From Felis catus (taxonomy: Eukaryota): a stretch of 64,000 nt of DNA. The position numbers and the translations under genes were made by a program. The DNA is taken from assembly GCF_018350175.1 (NCBI RefSeq), contig NC_058368.1, positions 17,238,001 to 17,302,000 on the forward strand. The letters are read 5' to 3'. A model generated the notes under the pieces. The model saw nothing but the letters and a program-made list of their open reading frames with translations, had not been told where the DNA came from and did no database searches. Every line of letters begins with the position of its first letter. Positions within the stretch are counted from its first letter, which is position 1. Below, one piece after another: positions 1 through 11,541 of this stretch.

Positions 1-639
1 ATGGAGGCCTATTATTAAGAGTCAAAAAAATATGATTGCTGTAAGAAACGTACAGAAGTCCTCCCATAAAGTTATTTTTTAATTTAAATCCCAATAAGAG
101 AGAACTTTCTCTCCCTTATTTGTTCTTTGTTTAGTTCTTGTTGGTTCAGCTGAGTAGTGGTCTCTTGTTTAAACAATGTTTAAATTCCATTTCATTCTGA
201 GTTATGTTTGAAAACTTACAAGTGGAAAATCCACGGATATTAATCCCCCAGGATCATTGGCATAAAAGATGTTAACAAGGGACAAGCCAACTCTTTGAGA
301 AAACTGTTTTAAAGGGTGCCAAGTCAGGGTTTTGTGCTGACCCTCGGGCCACACTGAGTTCCTACTGCTGGCCCAGCCCCCGCCTCTGTGGCCACAGTAA
401 GCTGACCTCCCTCTTCTTCTCCTCCATGTATGACTTTCTTTAACAAGAAAGATTTTGACAACTGTGTGGCTTGAGTAGGTTCCCAAGTGTGTACATCCAG
501 GAATCCCCATTACCAAAGGCTGTCAGAAGATAAGGCTATCATGAACCACGTCCCCCACTCTGTAGTGCTCAATAACGCTTTCTCTGAGTAAGAAAAAAGT
601 AGGAAGTTTTGCTAAATATCCTTAAAAGTAGAAAATGGC

Positions 640-857
640 GGGGCATCTGGGTGGCTCAGTAGGTTAAGCATCTGATTCTTGATTTCGACTCAGGTTATGA
701 TCTCATGGTTCGTAAGTTCGAGCCCCATGTCGGGCGCTGTGCTGACTGTGTCACAGAGCCTGCTTGGTATTTTATCTCTCCCTCTCTGTCTCTGACCCTC
801 CCCTGCTCACATGCGCTCTCTCTCTCTCTTTCAAAATAAATTAAACATTAAAAAAAA
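640..857 (+). mobile_element. Carnivore tRNA-derived SINE (CAN-SINE/SINEC)
   Basis: GGGGCATCTGGGTGGCTCAGTAGGTTAAG head, B-box GTTCGAGCCC, (CT)n, AATAAA and A tail; degenerate TSD aagta(g)aaaatgg. Confidence 0.93.
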
Positions 858-3800
858 TTTTTAAGTAAAAATGGTATATTTCAGAATGTAAAAAAAAAAG
901 CAGACTAGAAGAGACTACTTATTCTTTTAATTTATTTCATCTGATTTATTTAATTCTGGTTTTGTCAATAACTGTACAAACCGGAAAAAAAAATCGCTGA
1001 ACACTGCTATGTCTCTGTGTTCTCAAACATAAAATGGTAATATTGCTACTTAACCTGTTGTGATGAGCAGGCTGTATTTGCCTCCTTCAAATATGGTCTT
1101 CTTTCTTCTAGGTGAGAAATACCCACAGTATGAATGTTGGTAGTAAGGGGGGCCACTCAAACCCAGGAGGCCAAAAAGGCCCCACATACACTCCCCATGC
1201 CTCTGGCAGCCAGGGGGTGGGCCTATGACTTAAGCTTGGATAATCCAATCCTGCCTGGACCTTTGATTTTACAGTGACAGAGAGAGAAAAATCATCGGTC
1301 ATTGGCTGCAGTGACATCTGAGTCCAAGAACAGCGGAGGATGTCAGGGCTGTTGACTCAAACATAGTGTTGGCCACAGTGTGAGTGTCACCTGCAGGCTC
1401 CAGTGTTCAGCAGTGGCTTAGTGCTGTCCCCACCAGACCATTACCAAGCAGAAGCTTTGGGTTTTGGTTCATGTTCAGTTCTCTGAGCCTTATGTTGCTG
1501 CCTTTCCAGAAATTATGGGAGCAATTCATTACCCTTTCGTTTCATTTTTGCTTAATTCAGCCAGTCAGTTTCTGTTGCTTGCTCCCAAGAAAACGGAATA
1601 ATATACCTGGCTACCTTGTAAAGCTGTTGCAAAATCTGGCTGAGTTTTTTCAAGTGACTTGGCTTGGGAAATGATAAATTGTGACCTAATTTCATATAAC
1701 GAGTATTTATTAAAATCTTTCTGGAGGTAAAGGATGAGCAAATGCAGGCTGTGAGCTCAAGATGCTTTCCAAATAGTGAAGGGCACAACAAGAACACAGA
1801 TGACTATAACACAACATACAGTAAGAGTGATCTCATAATAGAAATACAAGCAAAGGCATATGGCGCAGAGGGAAGGAGGTGGTATAGAGAGTCAAAAGAG
1901 GCATGGCTTGTACTAAATTGCATAGATGAACAAAGTTTCCATGGGGGAGTAAATACTTGACATCATCCTTAAAAGCTGAATTGGAGCTTAAGGTAGGATA
2001 TGGACACTGACTTGGCAGTCAGTTGGTAATCTCTCTTCCTTTCCAGCTCCACTCCTGGGTCTTCACCTCCTGGATTCTGTTTCCTCCCCTCATGAAATGA
2101 GGAAGTCACAGCAAGTGGTCTGCAAGGTTATTACAGATCTTCAATTCCCGACTGATTCCCACAGTCAGTTACGGAGAGTATTGCAGGGAGAAGGAGTGTG
2201 GTCAACTAAAAAGTGACACGAGGAAGCAAAATGGCAGGTCATCCATGAATATGGTCTTATGGCACCAAACGCCAAAACTAAAGGGGAGCCAAAAGGGAAT
2301 TTGTCCAAAAAAAAAATGAGCCCTTTGGTTTACAGTTATGGAGACCGTAGTTGCAAAAGAAAGAGAATGGTTGCGAGTCACATGGTGGATGTCAGAGCCA
2401 AGCCTGGAACCCAGGTCTCCGTCAATCAGCCCAGAGATGTTTACCCCTTCAGCCGAGCTCTGCAAGCAGTCAAGTTTGGTGTTTGCAGGCGAGCCATGGC
2501 TTTGAAGCTATCAAAGAATAAAATTCTATTGAGAACTATTAAACATGCTTAGCATAAAGCCCCAAACATTCATCTGTAAGTACTCTACAGGTGTCCTTGA
2601 AGCAATCTTCTTCTTTTGGAGTCTTAAAGGCCAGTAGAGGAACATTTAAAAAAAAAAAAAAGTGAAATGAACTCTGGAATGGCAATGTAACATTCAAAAT
2701 TTGACCAGATGTAAATTTAACCAGAGCCCCAGACTCGCCTTCAGTTTACACGTGAATATCTTTTTTGCATCTTGAATTCATCACACAACCTTCTTCATTT
2801 TAGGAAATAAGTTCTCTGGTGCTTAACGCTAGGTCAGAGATCATTTGAGTTTTAACAATGAATAATTTTAGCTTTAAGTTGATTCGAGGAGGTATTTGAG
2901 TGTATTTTTCATATGCTAAGCAAATTTAACAATTTATTTTGAAGGATATTTTGCCCAGAGAATGCACAGTGAGAGTTACAAGGTTTACAAAAGCGAGAAC
3001 TGAATAAACTCAGATTTAAAGAATTACAAGTTTGCCAACTTATTTTACCCCTTATGACATTAAGACTGTTGGTCATAGAATAATATTTCCTTGCTAATTT
3101 AAGTGTAGCAATCTTTTAAAACTGAGATATTTATCCTAAAGAGGGATTATCATCAATAATACTTGCTTTCAGATGAGAATTTAATATTTCATTATTTTTC
3201 AATAATCATCACTGAAAAATACACTTAAGCAACTAACAGTACCTTCTATGTGATTTAAAAAAATCAACAACAAATAAGGGATTTACCCCTCCTCCAAAAC
3301 AAGTAATTCCTAAGAATCATTCCATCACTTCAATCAAGGCAGGCTAAATTAAAAAGTCAAAAAAAGATTATAGCTTATTGATTTCCTTAGGCTACTTAAA
3401 AATAAATGTGGACCTCTATTCTTTTTACCATGAAACAACATATTGAACTCTGCCCTTCAGGCATACTACCATACTTCAAATGCTGATCTTATCATTGCTT
3501 GCAAGTCAAACAGAGTTGGACTTTAAAAGGAAGAAAGGAAAACCCTGGAGCCACTGGGAAGCATCAAGGGTCAGGGTGTTGATCCGATTCTGGTGAGAAC
3601 ACACCCAGAGTCACAATGCCTGAATAATCTCTTCCTCTAGTTGAAATTTTTCAAAGTATGGAACCAAACTTTGGAATATAATCTATAAAGAACCATATTC
3701 TGACACTGATGTTCTATTTCATTTGGCATCTTTCCCTGTGTTTGTGAACAGGACATTAATAAAACGTCCCTCTGTCACTGCAGTTTGAACTCTGTTTGCA

Positions 3801-4083
3801 ATGACGAATAATTTTATAAGAAGTTATGAAATAATAATGCCAAAGCGAATTGGAAACTGATGGATTTGGATGGGGATTTTCTCATAGGTTTAAAATTTCA
3901 GCCCTATCCCTTCTATGTTTGTGGATGCTCATTTTATACTAAATTGTGAAAAATATTCATCAGTTATAAGTGGGAGCTAAAAGCTGCCCCAAAGTGCAAA
4001 GCATTAAGAAAAAGGAATAAGTTCAATTAATGTTTAATTAACTAAATGTTGTTTGTTTGCTTGTATGAGTGGCTCCTTTAAAT

Positions 4084-4086
<3 letters not shown>

Positions 4087-4140
<54 letters not shown>

Positions 4141-4157
4141 CCTCCCTCTCTCTCTCT
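4087..4157. repeat. (CT)n microsatellite
   Basis: Direct reading. Confidence 0.95.
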
Positions 4158-5222
4158 CCCTTGCTTCTTTTTGAAAAATTTCAGAACTTTCCATCTCTGA
4201 CTCCCAGGGACAGACACTGCCCAGTGGCCTTTCTGGAACAGAATCTGACACTTCCCAGCTATACTTTGTAGAGAGGCTCAGTGCTGTGGCCTGGAAAATA
4301 GCTATGAGGGTGCCAGGCAGAGATCAAAATTCGGGACTGGAGAAACTCAGGCTAAGACCCAGAAGAGTTAATAAGACAAATACTTCCTCCTGAAATGTAC
4401 CCACATATGCATTTTATATCTTCAATCTAGGCTGAAGTTTAAAATGTCATGACAGTTTCTTGCACTCTTTTCTTCCCCAAATCTAAACTACCTTTAAACT
4501 GGAAAGGGCAGGATGACCACAGTTCCAACTCTATATTCCAACTAATAATCCGACTTGTGTTACTGAGCAGGAAAGAATATTATCTAAAATAAAACATATT
4601 GATCAGGATAAGTAAGCAAGACTGCTCAAGAAACTAATCGGGAAATGGTTGGTTTATTAACTACAAGAGTTTTTTCCATCTTCTTCTCCCCCCCCCCGCC
4701 CCCCCCCAAGACGCTGGAGAGGAGGGGTGCTGTTAGAAACTCTTTAGAAGGGGAATCCACACGCTCCTGAAACCGGACAAACACAAGGGGGCAGGAAGAG
4801 CTCAAGATCTGACTTAACAACCAGCCGACTGAAATGGGAGCTAACCTATTTTCGTTACGCCCTCCGGATATTTATCATTTCTCTTGGCATGCAAAGAAAT
4901 GTGACGCTGACAAGTAGGTTTAGTTTGCACTTGGTCTAATTACTGCGAAGAGAACAGGAACGTTTCTAACGACAACTACCTGAACAGCGGCGGCTTTGGG
5001 AGAGCCTGGGGGCTACATTCCCTAGAATCTATTTTTTGGTGCTAGTCTCGCGATTCCGATCGGACTGCATTTCTCACGCATTCCAAACGTCCCCCCTCCC
5101 CACCCCTTATTCCCCTTGTACTCAGAACTTTGGTTGCAAAGGAGGGACTTGTTTAAAACTCGCCAATCCAAGGACTGTGCCCCCTTGTAATTTACGAAGA
5201 GACAGCAGCAGGCGGGGGTGGG

Positions 5223-5224
<2 letters not shown>

Positions 5225-5266
<42 letters not shown>
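5225..5266. repeat. (GT)21 microsatellite in the upstream promoter
   Basis: Direct reading; flanked by G-rich GC boxes. Confidence 0.95.
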
Positions 5267-5267
<1 letters not shown>

Positions 5268-5429
5268 GGGGGCGGGGGCGGTGAGCAACCTGCTCTAGCC
5301 TTGGCTTTTAATTCCAGCTATCCTTCTCTTGCAAAAATGCCCCAGAGTTTCCATCCAACTGCTCTTGGGTTTCGATTCAAACACACACAACGTTGTGAAT
5401 AACTTTCCTCTCGGGTTTGCAAACGTCTG

Positions 5430-7150
5430 TGAGCAATAACCGCACACTCCTCCGCGCGAGGCTGCATCGAATTGGAAGGGGTGCGGGCGACAGTGGGTAA
5501 TCCTGGGTCCCAGGCAGCTGAAGGACTGATTCGAGCCCAGACGCGTGCCTCGGCTGCTCTGCCGGAACCCCTAGCCCGAGAGGAGCGCGAGCAAAGCTGC
5601 GCAGCGTCAGGCCGCTAGCCCCTCGCTTCCAAGACAACTTTGTAGCACCCTGCACCTCCTCCCCACCGCGCGGTTTCCCTGCCTCCGCCCCTAGGAGCTG
5701 ATTGGCAGATACCACTACCCAACCCTCAACTCGGGGCCTCCTCCCGGGACCGACGATTGGCCTCCTGGGAGGACTGGAGTCAGGGGGTGCTGGGGGAGGG
5801 ATTTCCCTCAAAGCTCTGGGTCCCGGGACCTGGGAAGCAGGAGTTGGGGGGCGGGGGACTCGGTTCTCCCAGCTCGTGAGCCGCGGGCGGCGGAGCCGGA
5901 CGTTCGGGAAGGTTCAGCCGCCTCTGCTGCGCCAGCCCGGCCCGCGCCGCGCAACTTTCCATCCCGGCCCAGACGCGGCTACCAAGTGCGGAGTTCCTGG
6001 CACTTTGCGGAGAGGTCTCTTGCTCCCTGCCCGGGGACTGACTGTGCTCTCTCAGGCTGACCTGTCCGAGCCCTAATACTGCACCATGCACGCGGCCAGG
6101 ACCCCCGGGATCGCCTCCCACGCCGGCGGGGTGGCCAGCCCCACCAGTTTTCAGCAGATCCCAACGCTGCCGCCCCGCCTGGTGTTGCTGCTGCTGCTGC
6201 TTCTCCTGTCACTGGTAAGCTGCGTCCTGGCACAGCCCGCCGCCCCTGGCCCGGCGTTGCTGTCCCCGGATCTCGCGGGGGCTGCAGGGGTCCCCGCCGA
6301 GGAGGCCATCGTGCTGGCAAACCGTGGGCTCCGGGTGCCCTTTGGCCGTGAGGTCTGGCTGGATCCGCTGCAGGACCTGGTGCTGCAGGTGCAGCCGGGG
6401 GACCGCTGCGCGGTGACCGTGCTAGACAACGACGCGCTGGCCCAGCGGCCCGGACGCTTGAGTCCCAAGCGCTTCCCGTGCGACTTCGGCCCGAGAGAGG
6501 TGCGCTACTCGCACCTGGGCGCGCGCAGCCCGTCGCGGGATCGCATTCGGCTGCAGTTGCGCTACGACGCGCCGGGAGGGGCCGCAGTGCTACCCTTGGT
6601 GCTGGAGGTGGAGGTGGTCTTCACCCAGCTGGAGGTGGTGACTCGGAACCTGCCCCTAGTCGTGGAGGAGCTGCTGGGGACCAGCAACGCCCTGGACGCG
6701 CGGAGCCTGGAGTTCGCCTACCAGCCGGAGACCGAGGAGTGTCGCGTAGGCATCCTGTCCGGCTTGAGCGCGCTGCCTCGCTATGGGGAGCTCCTCCACT
6801 ACCCACAGGCCCCGGGTCCAGCCAGCGAGGGGGGCGCCCCGGAGCCTCTCCTGATGGACTGCAAAGCTTTCCAGGAGCTGGGGGTGCGCTACCGTCACAC
6901 AGCCCCCAGTCGGTCACCGAACAGGGACTGGGTGCCCATGGTGGTTGAGCTGCGCTCTCGGGGTTCGCCTGTGGGCAGACCCCCTTTGAAACGTGAGCAC
7001 TTCCAGGTGCTGGTGAGAATCCGAGGAGGGGCGGAGAACACCGCACCCAGGCCCAGTTTCGTGGCCATGATGATGATGGAGGTGGACCAGTTTGTACTGA
7101 CGGCTCTGACCCCAGACATGCTGGCAGCCGAGGATGCCGAGTCGCCCCCT
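5430..7150. promoter_or_regulatory. CpG island covering the FREM2 promoter, 5' UTR and start of the CDS
   Basis: Very high GC (line 6241-6300 is 48/60 G+C) and dense CpG, against CpG-poor AT-rich flanks. Boundaries approximate. Confidence 0.85.
5682..5762 (+). promoter_or_regulatory. Probable FREM2 proximal promoter: GC box plus two reverse CCAAT (NF-Y-type) boxes
   Basis: CCTCCGCCCC at ~5682-5691, CTGATTGGC at 5698-5706 and CGATTGGC at 5754-5761. No TATA box seen. No + strand ATG between ~5340 and the 6086 start. The TSS cannot be determined from sequence. Confidence 0.55.
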
Positions 7151-10100
7151 GACCTGTTGATCTTCAACCTCACCTCTCCCTTCCAGCCTGGCCAGGGCTA
7201 CCTAGTGAGTACTGATGACCGCAGCCTGCCCCTCTCCTCCTTTACTCAGAGGGATCTGCGGCTCCTGAAGATTGCCTACCAGCCCCCCTCTGAGGACTCT
7301 GACCAGGAGCGTCTCTTTGAACTGGAGTTGGAAGCAGTGGACCCGGAAGGAGCAGCCTCAGACCCTTTTGCCTTCATGGTAGTGGTGAAGCCCATGAACA
7401 CACTGGCTCCCGTGGTCACCCGGAACACCGGTCTCATTCTCTATGAGGGCCAGTCTCGGCCCCTGACGGGCCCTGCAGGCAGTGGACCGCAGAACTTGGT
7501 CGTCAGCGATGAGGATGACCTAGAGGCAGTGCAGCTAGAGGTGGTGGCTGGGCTCCGCCACGGTCACCTTGTCCTTCTGGGCGCCACCGATGGCAACTCT
7601 GCCCCTAAGACCTTCACGGTGGCCGAGCTGGCCGCCGGCCAGGTGGTCTACCATCACGATGACAGAGATGGCTCACTGAGTGACAACCTTGTACTTAGAA
7701 TGGTGGACGGAGGACGCAGGCACCAGGTGCAGTTCTTGTTCCCCATCACCTTGGTGCCTGTGGATGACCAGCCGCCAGTCCTCAATGCTAACACGGGGCT
7801 GACGCTGGCGGAGGGTGAAACGGCGCCCATCCTTCCCCTGGCCCTGAGTGCAACGGACATCGACTCAGATGACCCTCTGCTGCTTTTTGTGCTGGAGTCG
7901 CCTTCTTCGACCATAGGGCATCTGCTTCTCCGCCAAACCCATCCTCCCCGCGAGGAAGAGGAGCTGAGCAGGGGCCCTTGGAGGAAACAGGGAGCGTTCT
8001 ATGAGCAAACGGTGACGGAGTGGAGGCAGCGGGACATAACAGAGGGGAGGCTGTTCTACAGGCACTCCGGGCCCCATAGTCCTGGGCCAGTGATGGACCA
8101 GTTCACATTCCGGGTCCAGGATAACCATGACCCCCCTAATCAGTCTGGACCACACAGGTTTGTGATTCGCATCCATCCTGTGGATCGCCTCCCTCCGGAG
8201 CTGGGCAGCGGCTGTCCCCTTCGGATGGTGGTGCAAGAATCCCAGCTCACGCCGCTGAGGAAAAAGTGGCTGCGCTACACTGACCTGGACACAGATGACC
8301 GAGAGCTGCGCTACACCGTGACCCAGCCCCCCACGGACACAGATGAAAACCACTCACCAGCCCCCCTGGGCACCTTGGTCCTGACCGACAACCCCTCAGT
8401 CGTGGTGGCCCATTTTACCCAAGCCCAGATCAACCACCATAAAATTGCCTACAGACCTCCGGATCGAGAACTGGGAGTGGCTGCCCGAGTGGCCCAGTTT
8501 CAATTCCAGGTGGAGGACCAAGCCGGGAATGTGGCTCCAGGCACCTTCACCCTTTACTTGCAGCCCGTGGACAACCAGCCGCCTGAGATCCTCAACACGG
8601 GTTTCACCGTTCAGGTGAAGGGCCACCACATCCTGAGTGAGACTGAGTTACGTGTGAATGATGTAGACACCGATGTAGCCCACATCTCTTTCACTCTCAC
8701 ACGGGCACCCGAACATGGCCACATGAGAGTGTCTGGACAGATACTGCATGTGGGGGAGGTCTTCCGCTTGGAAGATATAAAACAGGGTCGGATTTCCTAT
8801 GTCCATAATGGGGACGGGTCCCTGACTGACAGCTGCTCCTTGGAGGTCAGCGACAGACACCACGTGGTGCCCATCACTCTCAGAGTGAATGTCCGGCCCG
8901 CGGGTGATGAGGTGCCCATGCTGAGCCTTCCTGCTGGTACTCTGGGGTCATATCTAGACGTTTTAGAAAATGGAGCTGCTGAACTCACTGCCAGTGTTAT
9001 CAAGGGGACTGATGGGGACACTGATGATTTGATGTTGACGTTCCTCTTGGAAGACCCACCCTTGTATGGAGAAATCCTGGTCAACGGAGTTCCGGCGGAG
9101 CAGTTTACCCAAAGGGACATCTTAGAGGGCTCTGTCGTCTATGCCCACACAAGCGGTGAGATAGGCCTGTTGCCCAAAGGGGATTCTTTTAACCTGAGTC
9201 TGTCAGATATGTCTCAAGAATGGGTAATAGGTGGCAGTACTATCCAAGGGGTTACTGTGTGGGTGACCATCCTCCCTGTCGATAGCCAAGCTCCAGAAAT
9301 TTCTGTAGGTGAACGGTTTATAGTCATGGAAGGTGACAAAAGTGTTATAACCTCAACACATATAAGTGCTGAAGATATTGATTCCCTCAATGATGACATC
9401 TTGTGCACTATAGTTATTCAGCCTACCTCTGGTTATGTTGAAAACATTTCTCCAGCACCAGGCTCTGAGAAATCAAGAGCAGGAATTGCCATAAGTGCCT
9501 TTACCCTGAAAGACCTCAGGCAGAGTCATATTAACTATGTCCAGAGTGTCCACAAAGGGGTAGAACCTGTGGAAGACCGGTTTATATTTCGTTGCTCTGA
9601 TGGCATTAACTTTTCAGAGAGACATTTTTTTCCCATTATAATCATTCCCACCAATGATGAACAGCCAGAAATATTTATGAGAGAATTTATGGTGATGGAA
9701 GGCATGAGTCTGGTGATCGATACACCCATCCTCAATGCTGCTGATGCTGACATTCCCCCGGATGATCTAACTTTCACCATTACCCAATTTCCCACTCGTG
9801 GTCACATCATGAATCAGCTGATAAATGGCACAGTGTTGGTTGAAAGCTTCACCTTGGACCAGATCATAGAGAGTTCAAGCATTATTTACGAGCATGATGA
9901 TTCTGAGACCCAGGAGGACAGTTTTGTGATTAAACTAACAGACGGTAAGCACTCGGTGGAAAGGATGGTCCTCATTATGGTTATCCCAGTTGATGATGAG
10001 ACCCCCAGAATGACCATCAATAATGGTCTAGAAATAGAAATTGGGGAAACCAAAATTATCAACAACAAAATATTGATGGCAACTGATTTAGATTCTGAAG

Positions 10101-11267
10101 ACAAATCTTTGGTTTATATTATTCGTTATGGGCCGGGACATGGCTTATTACAGAGACAAAAACCCGCAGGTGCCTTTGAAAATATCACAGTGGGCATGAA
10201 TTTTACCCAGGATGAAGTGGACAGAAACTTAATTCAGTACGTCCATTTTGGACAAGAGGGCATTCGGGACCTAATTAAATTTGATGTGACTGATGGAATA
10301 AATGCGCTTATAGATCGCTACTTTTATGTTTCTGTTGGGAGCGTTGACATTGTCTTCCCGGATGTGATAAGCAAGGGAGTATCCTTGAAAGAAGGTGGTA
10401 AAGTCACCCTCACAACAGACTTATTAAGTACTAGTGACTTGAACAGTCCTGATGAAAACTTAGTTTTTACCATCACCAGGGCTCCCATGAGAGGTCACTT
10501 AGAGTGCACAGATCAACCTGGAGCATCCATCACATCGTTCTCTCAGCTCCAACTGGCTGGCAACAAAATCTACTACATCCACACAGCTGACGATGAGGTC
10601 AAGATGGACAGTTTTGAGTTTCAAGTCACTGATGGACATAACCCTGTCTTCCGGACATTCCGTATCTCCATTAGCGATGTGGACAACAAAAAGCCAGTGG
10701 TCACCATCCATAACCTGGTTGTCAGTGAGGGTGAAAACAAGCTGATCACTCCCTTTGAACTCACTGTCGAAGATCAAGATACTCCAGACAAACTCCTGAA
10801 GTTCACTGTCACGCAGGTGCCTGTTCATGGTCAACTCCTATTCAACAATACCAGACCTGCCATGGTTTTTACCAAGCAAGACCTGAACGAAAACTTAATC
10901 AGCTACAGACATGATGGCACTGAGTCAAATGAAGACAGCTTCTCCTTCACAGTGACTGATGGTTCCCATACAGAGTTCTATGTTTTCCCCGATACAATAT
11001 TTGAAACAAGGAGACCCCAAGTGATGAAAATCCAAGTCTTACCTGTTGACGATAGCGTCCCCCAAATTGCAGTGAACAAAGGGGCCTCTACACTTCGCAC
11101 TCTGGCTACTGGCCACTTGGGATTCATGATCACAAGCAAAATATTGAAAGTGGAGGACAGAGACAGCTTACGTTTTTCTCTCAGGTTTATTGTGACGGAG
11201 GCCCCTCAACACGGGTATCTCCTCAACCTGGACAGAGGCAACCACAGTGTCTCTCAGTTTACACAAG
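6086..11267 (+). CDS. FREM2: FREM2 (FRAS1-related extracellular matrix protein 2), coding part of exon 1: signal peptide, N-terminal domain and CSPG (cadherin-like) repeats
   Basis: The 1761-aa ORF is recognisable as FREM2 ([16 protein letters not shown] signal peptide, [23 protein letters not shown], repeated PVD(D/N)xxP...EG...D.D...FTQ..I...Y.H units). The ATG is in gcaccATG context with an in-frame TAA 12 nt upstream (6074-6076). The splice donor ACACAAG|GTACGG follows 11267; 5182 nt = 1727 codons + 1 (phase 1). The last 34 ORF residues are intron read-through. Confidence 0.97.
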
Positions 11268-11480
11268 GTACGGTACACTTTTCTTTCCTTATACCCAACG
11301 GAAAGTGCGGGTCTTATTTTCTGAGGATATGGCGGTCACCAAAAACGTTACAAGTAGGGGATCGGATTTGAGTCCAAGGGAAGAAAAGGGAAGGGAAATA
11401 AAGAGATGGGGAGAGTACAGGGACTCACTTTCCTGAGGAAAGAATATCCCTTTTTGCCATATGTCCCCCTGCAACGACTG

Positions 11481-11541
11481 GCATTAGTGAATATCAATGT
11501 ATTTCGACATTGCATTGAGTGAATATCAATGTATTTCGACA
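11481..11541. repeat. ~31-bp tandem duplication
   Basis: gcatt(g)agtgaatatcaatgtatttcgaca occurs twice head to tail. Confidence 0.9.

Noticed and set aside
5377..6320. ORFs of 113-144 aa across the promoter and 5' UTR, including 5702-6076 in frame with FREM2
   Set aside because: Stop-poor CpG-island sequence. The 5702 ORF starts at TTG and ends at TAA before the FREM2 ATG, so it is not an N-terminal extension.
6151..10834. Many antisense and alternative-frame ORFs overlapping exon 1
   Set aside because: Shadow ORFs expected opposite GC-rich, codon-biased coding sequence; no recognisable products.
11268..11371. Last 34 residues of the 1761-aa ORF as part of canonical FREM2
   Set aside because: They lie beyond the splice donor, and the repeat pattern continues in exon 2 instead. 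Kept only as the hypothetical intronic-polyadenylation isoform.
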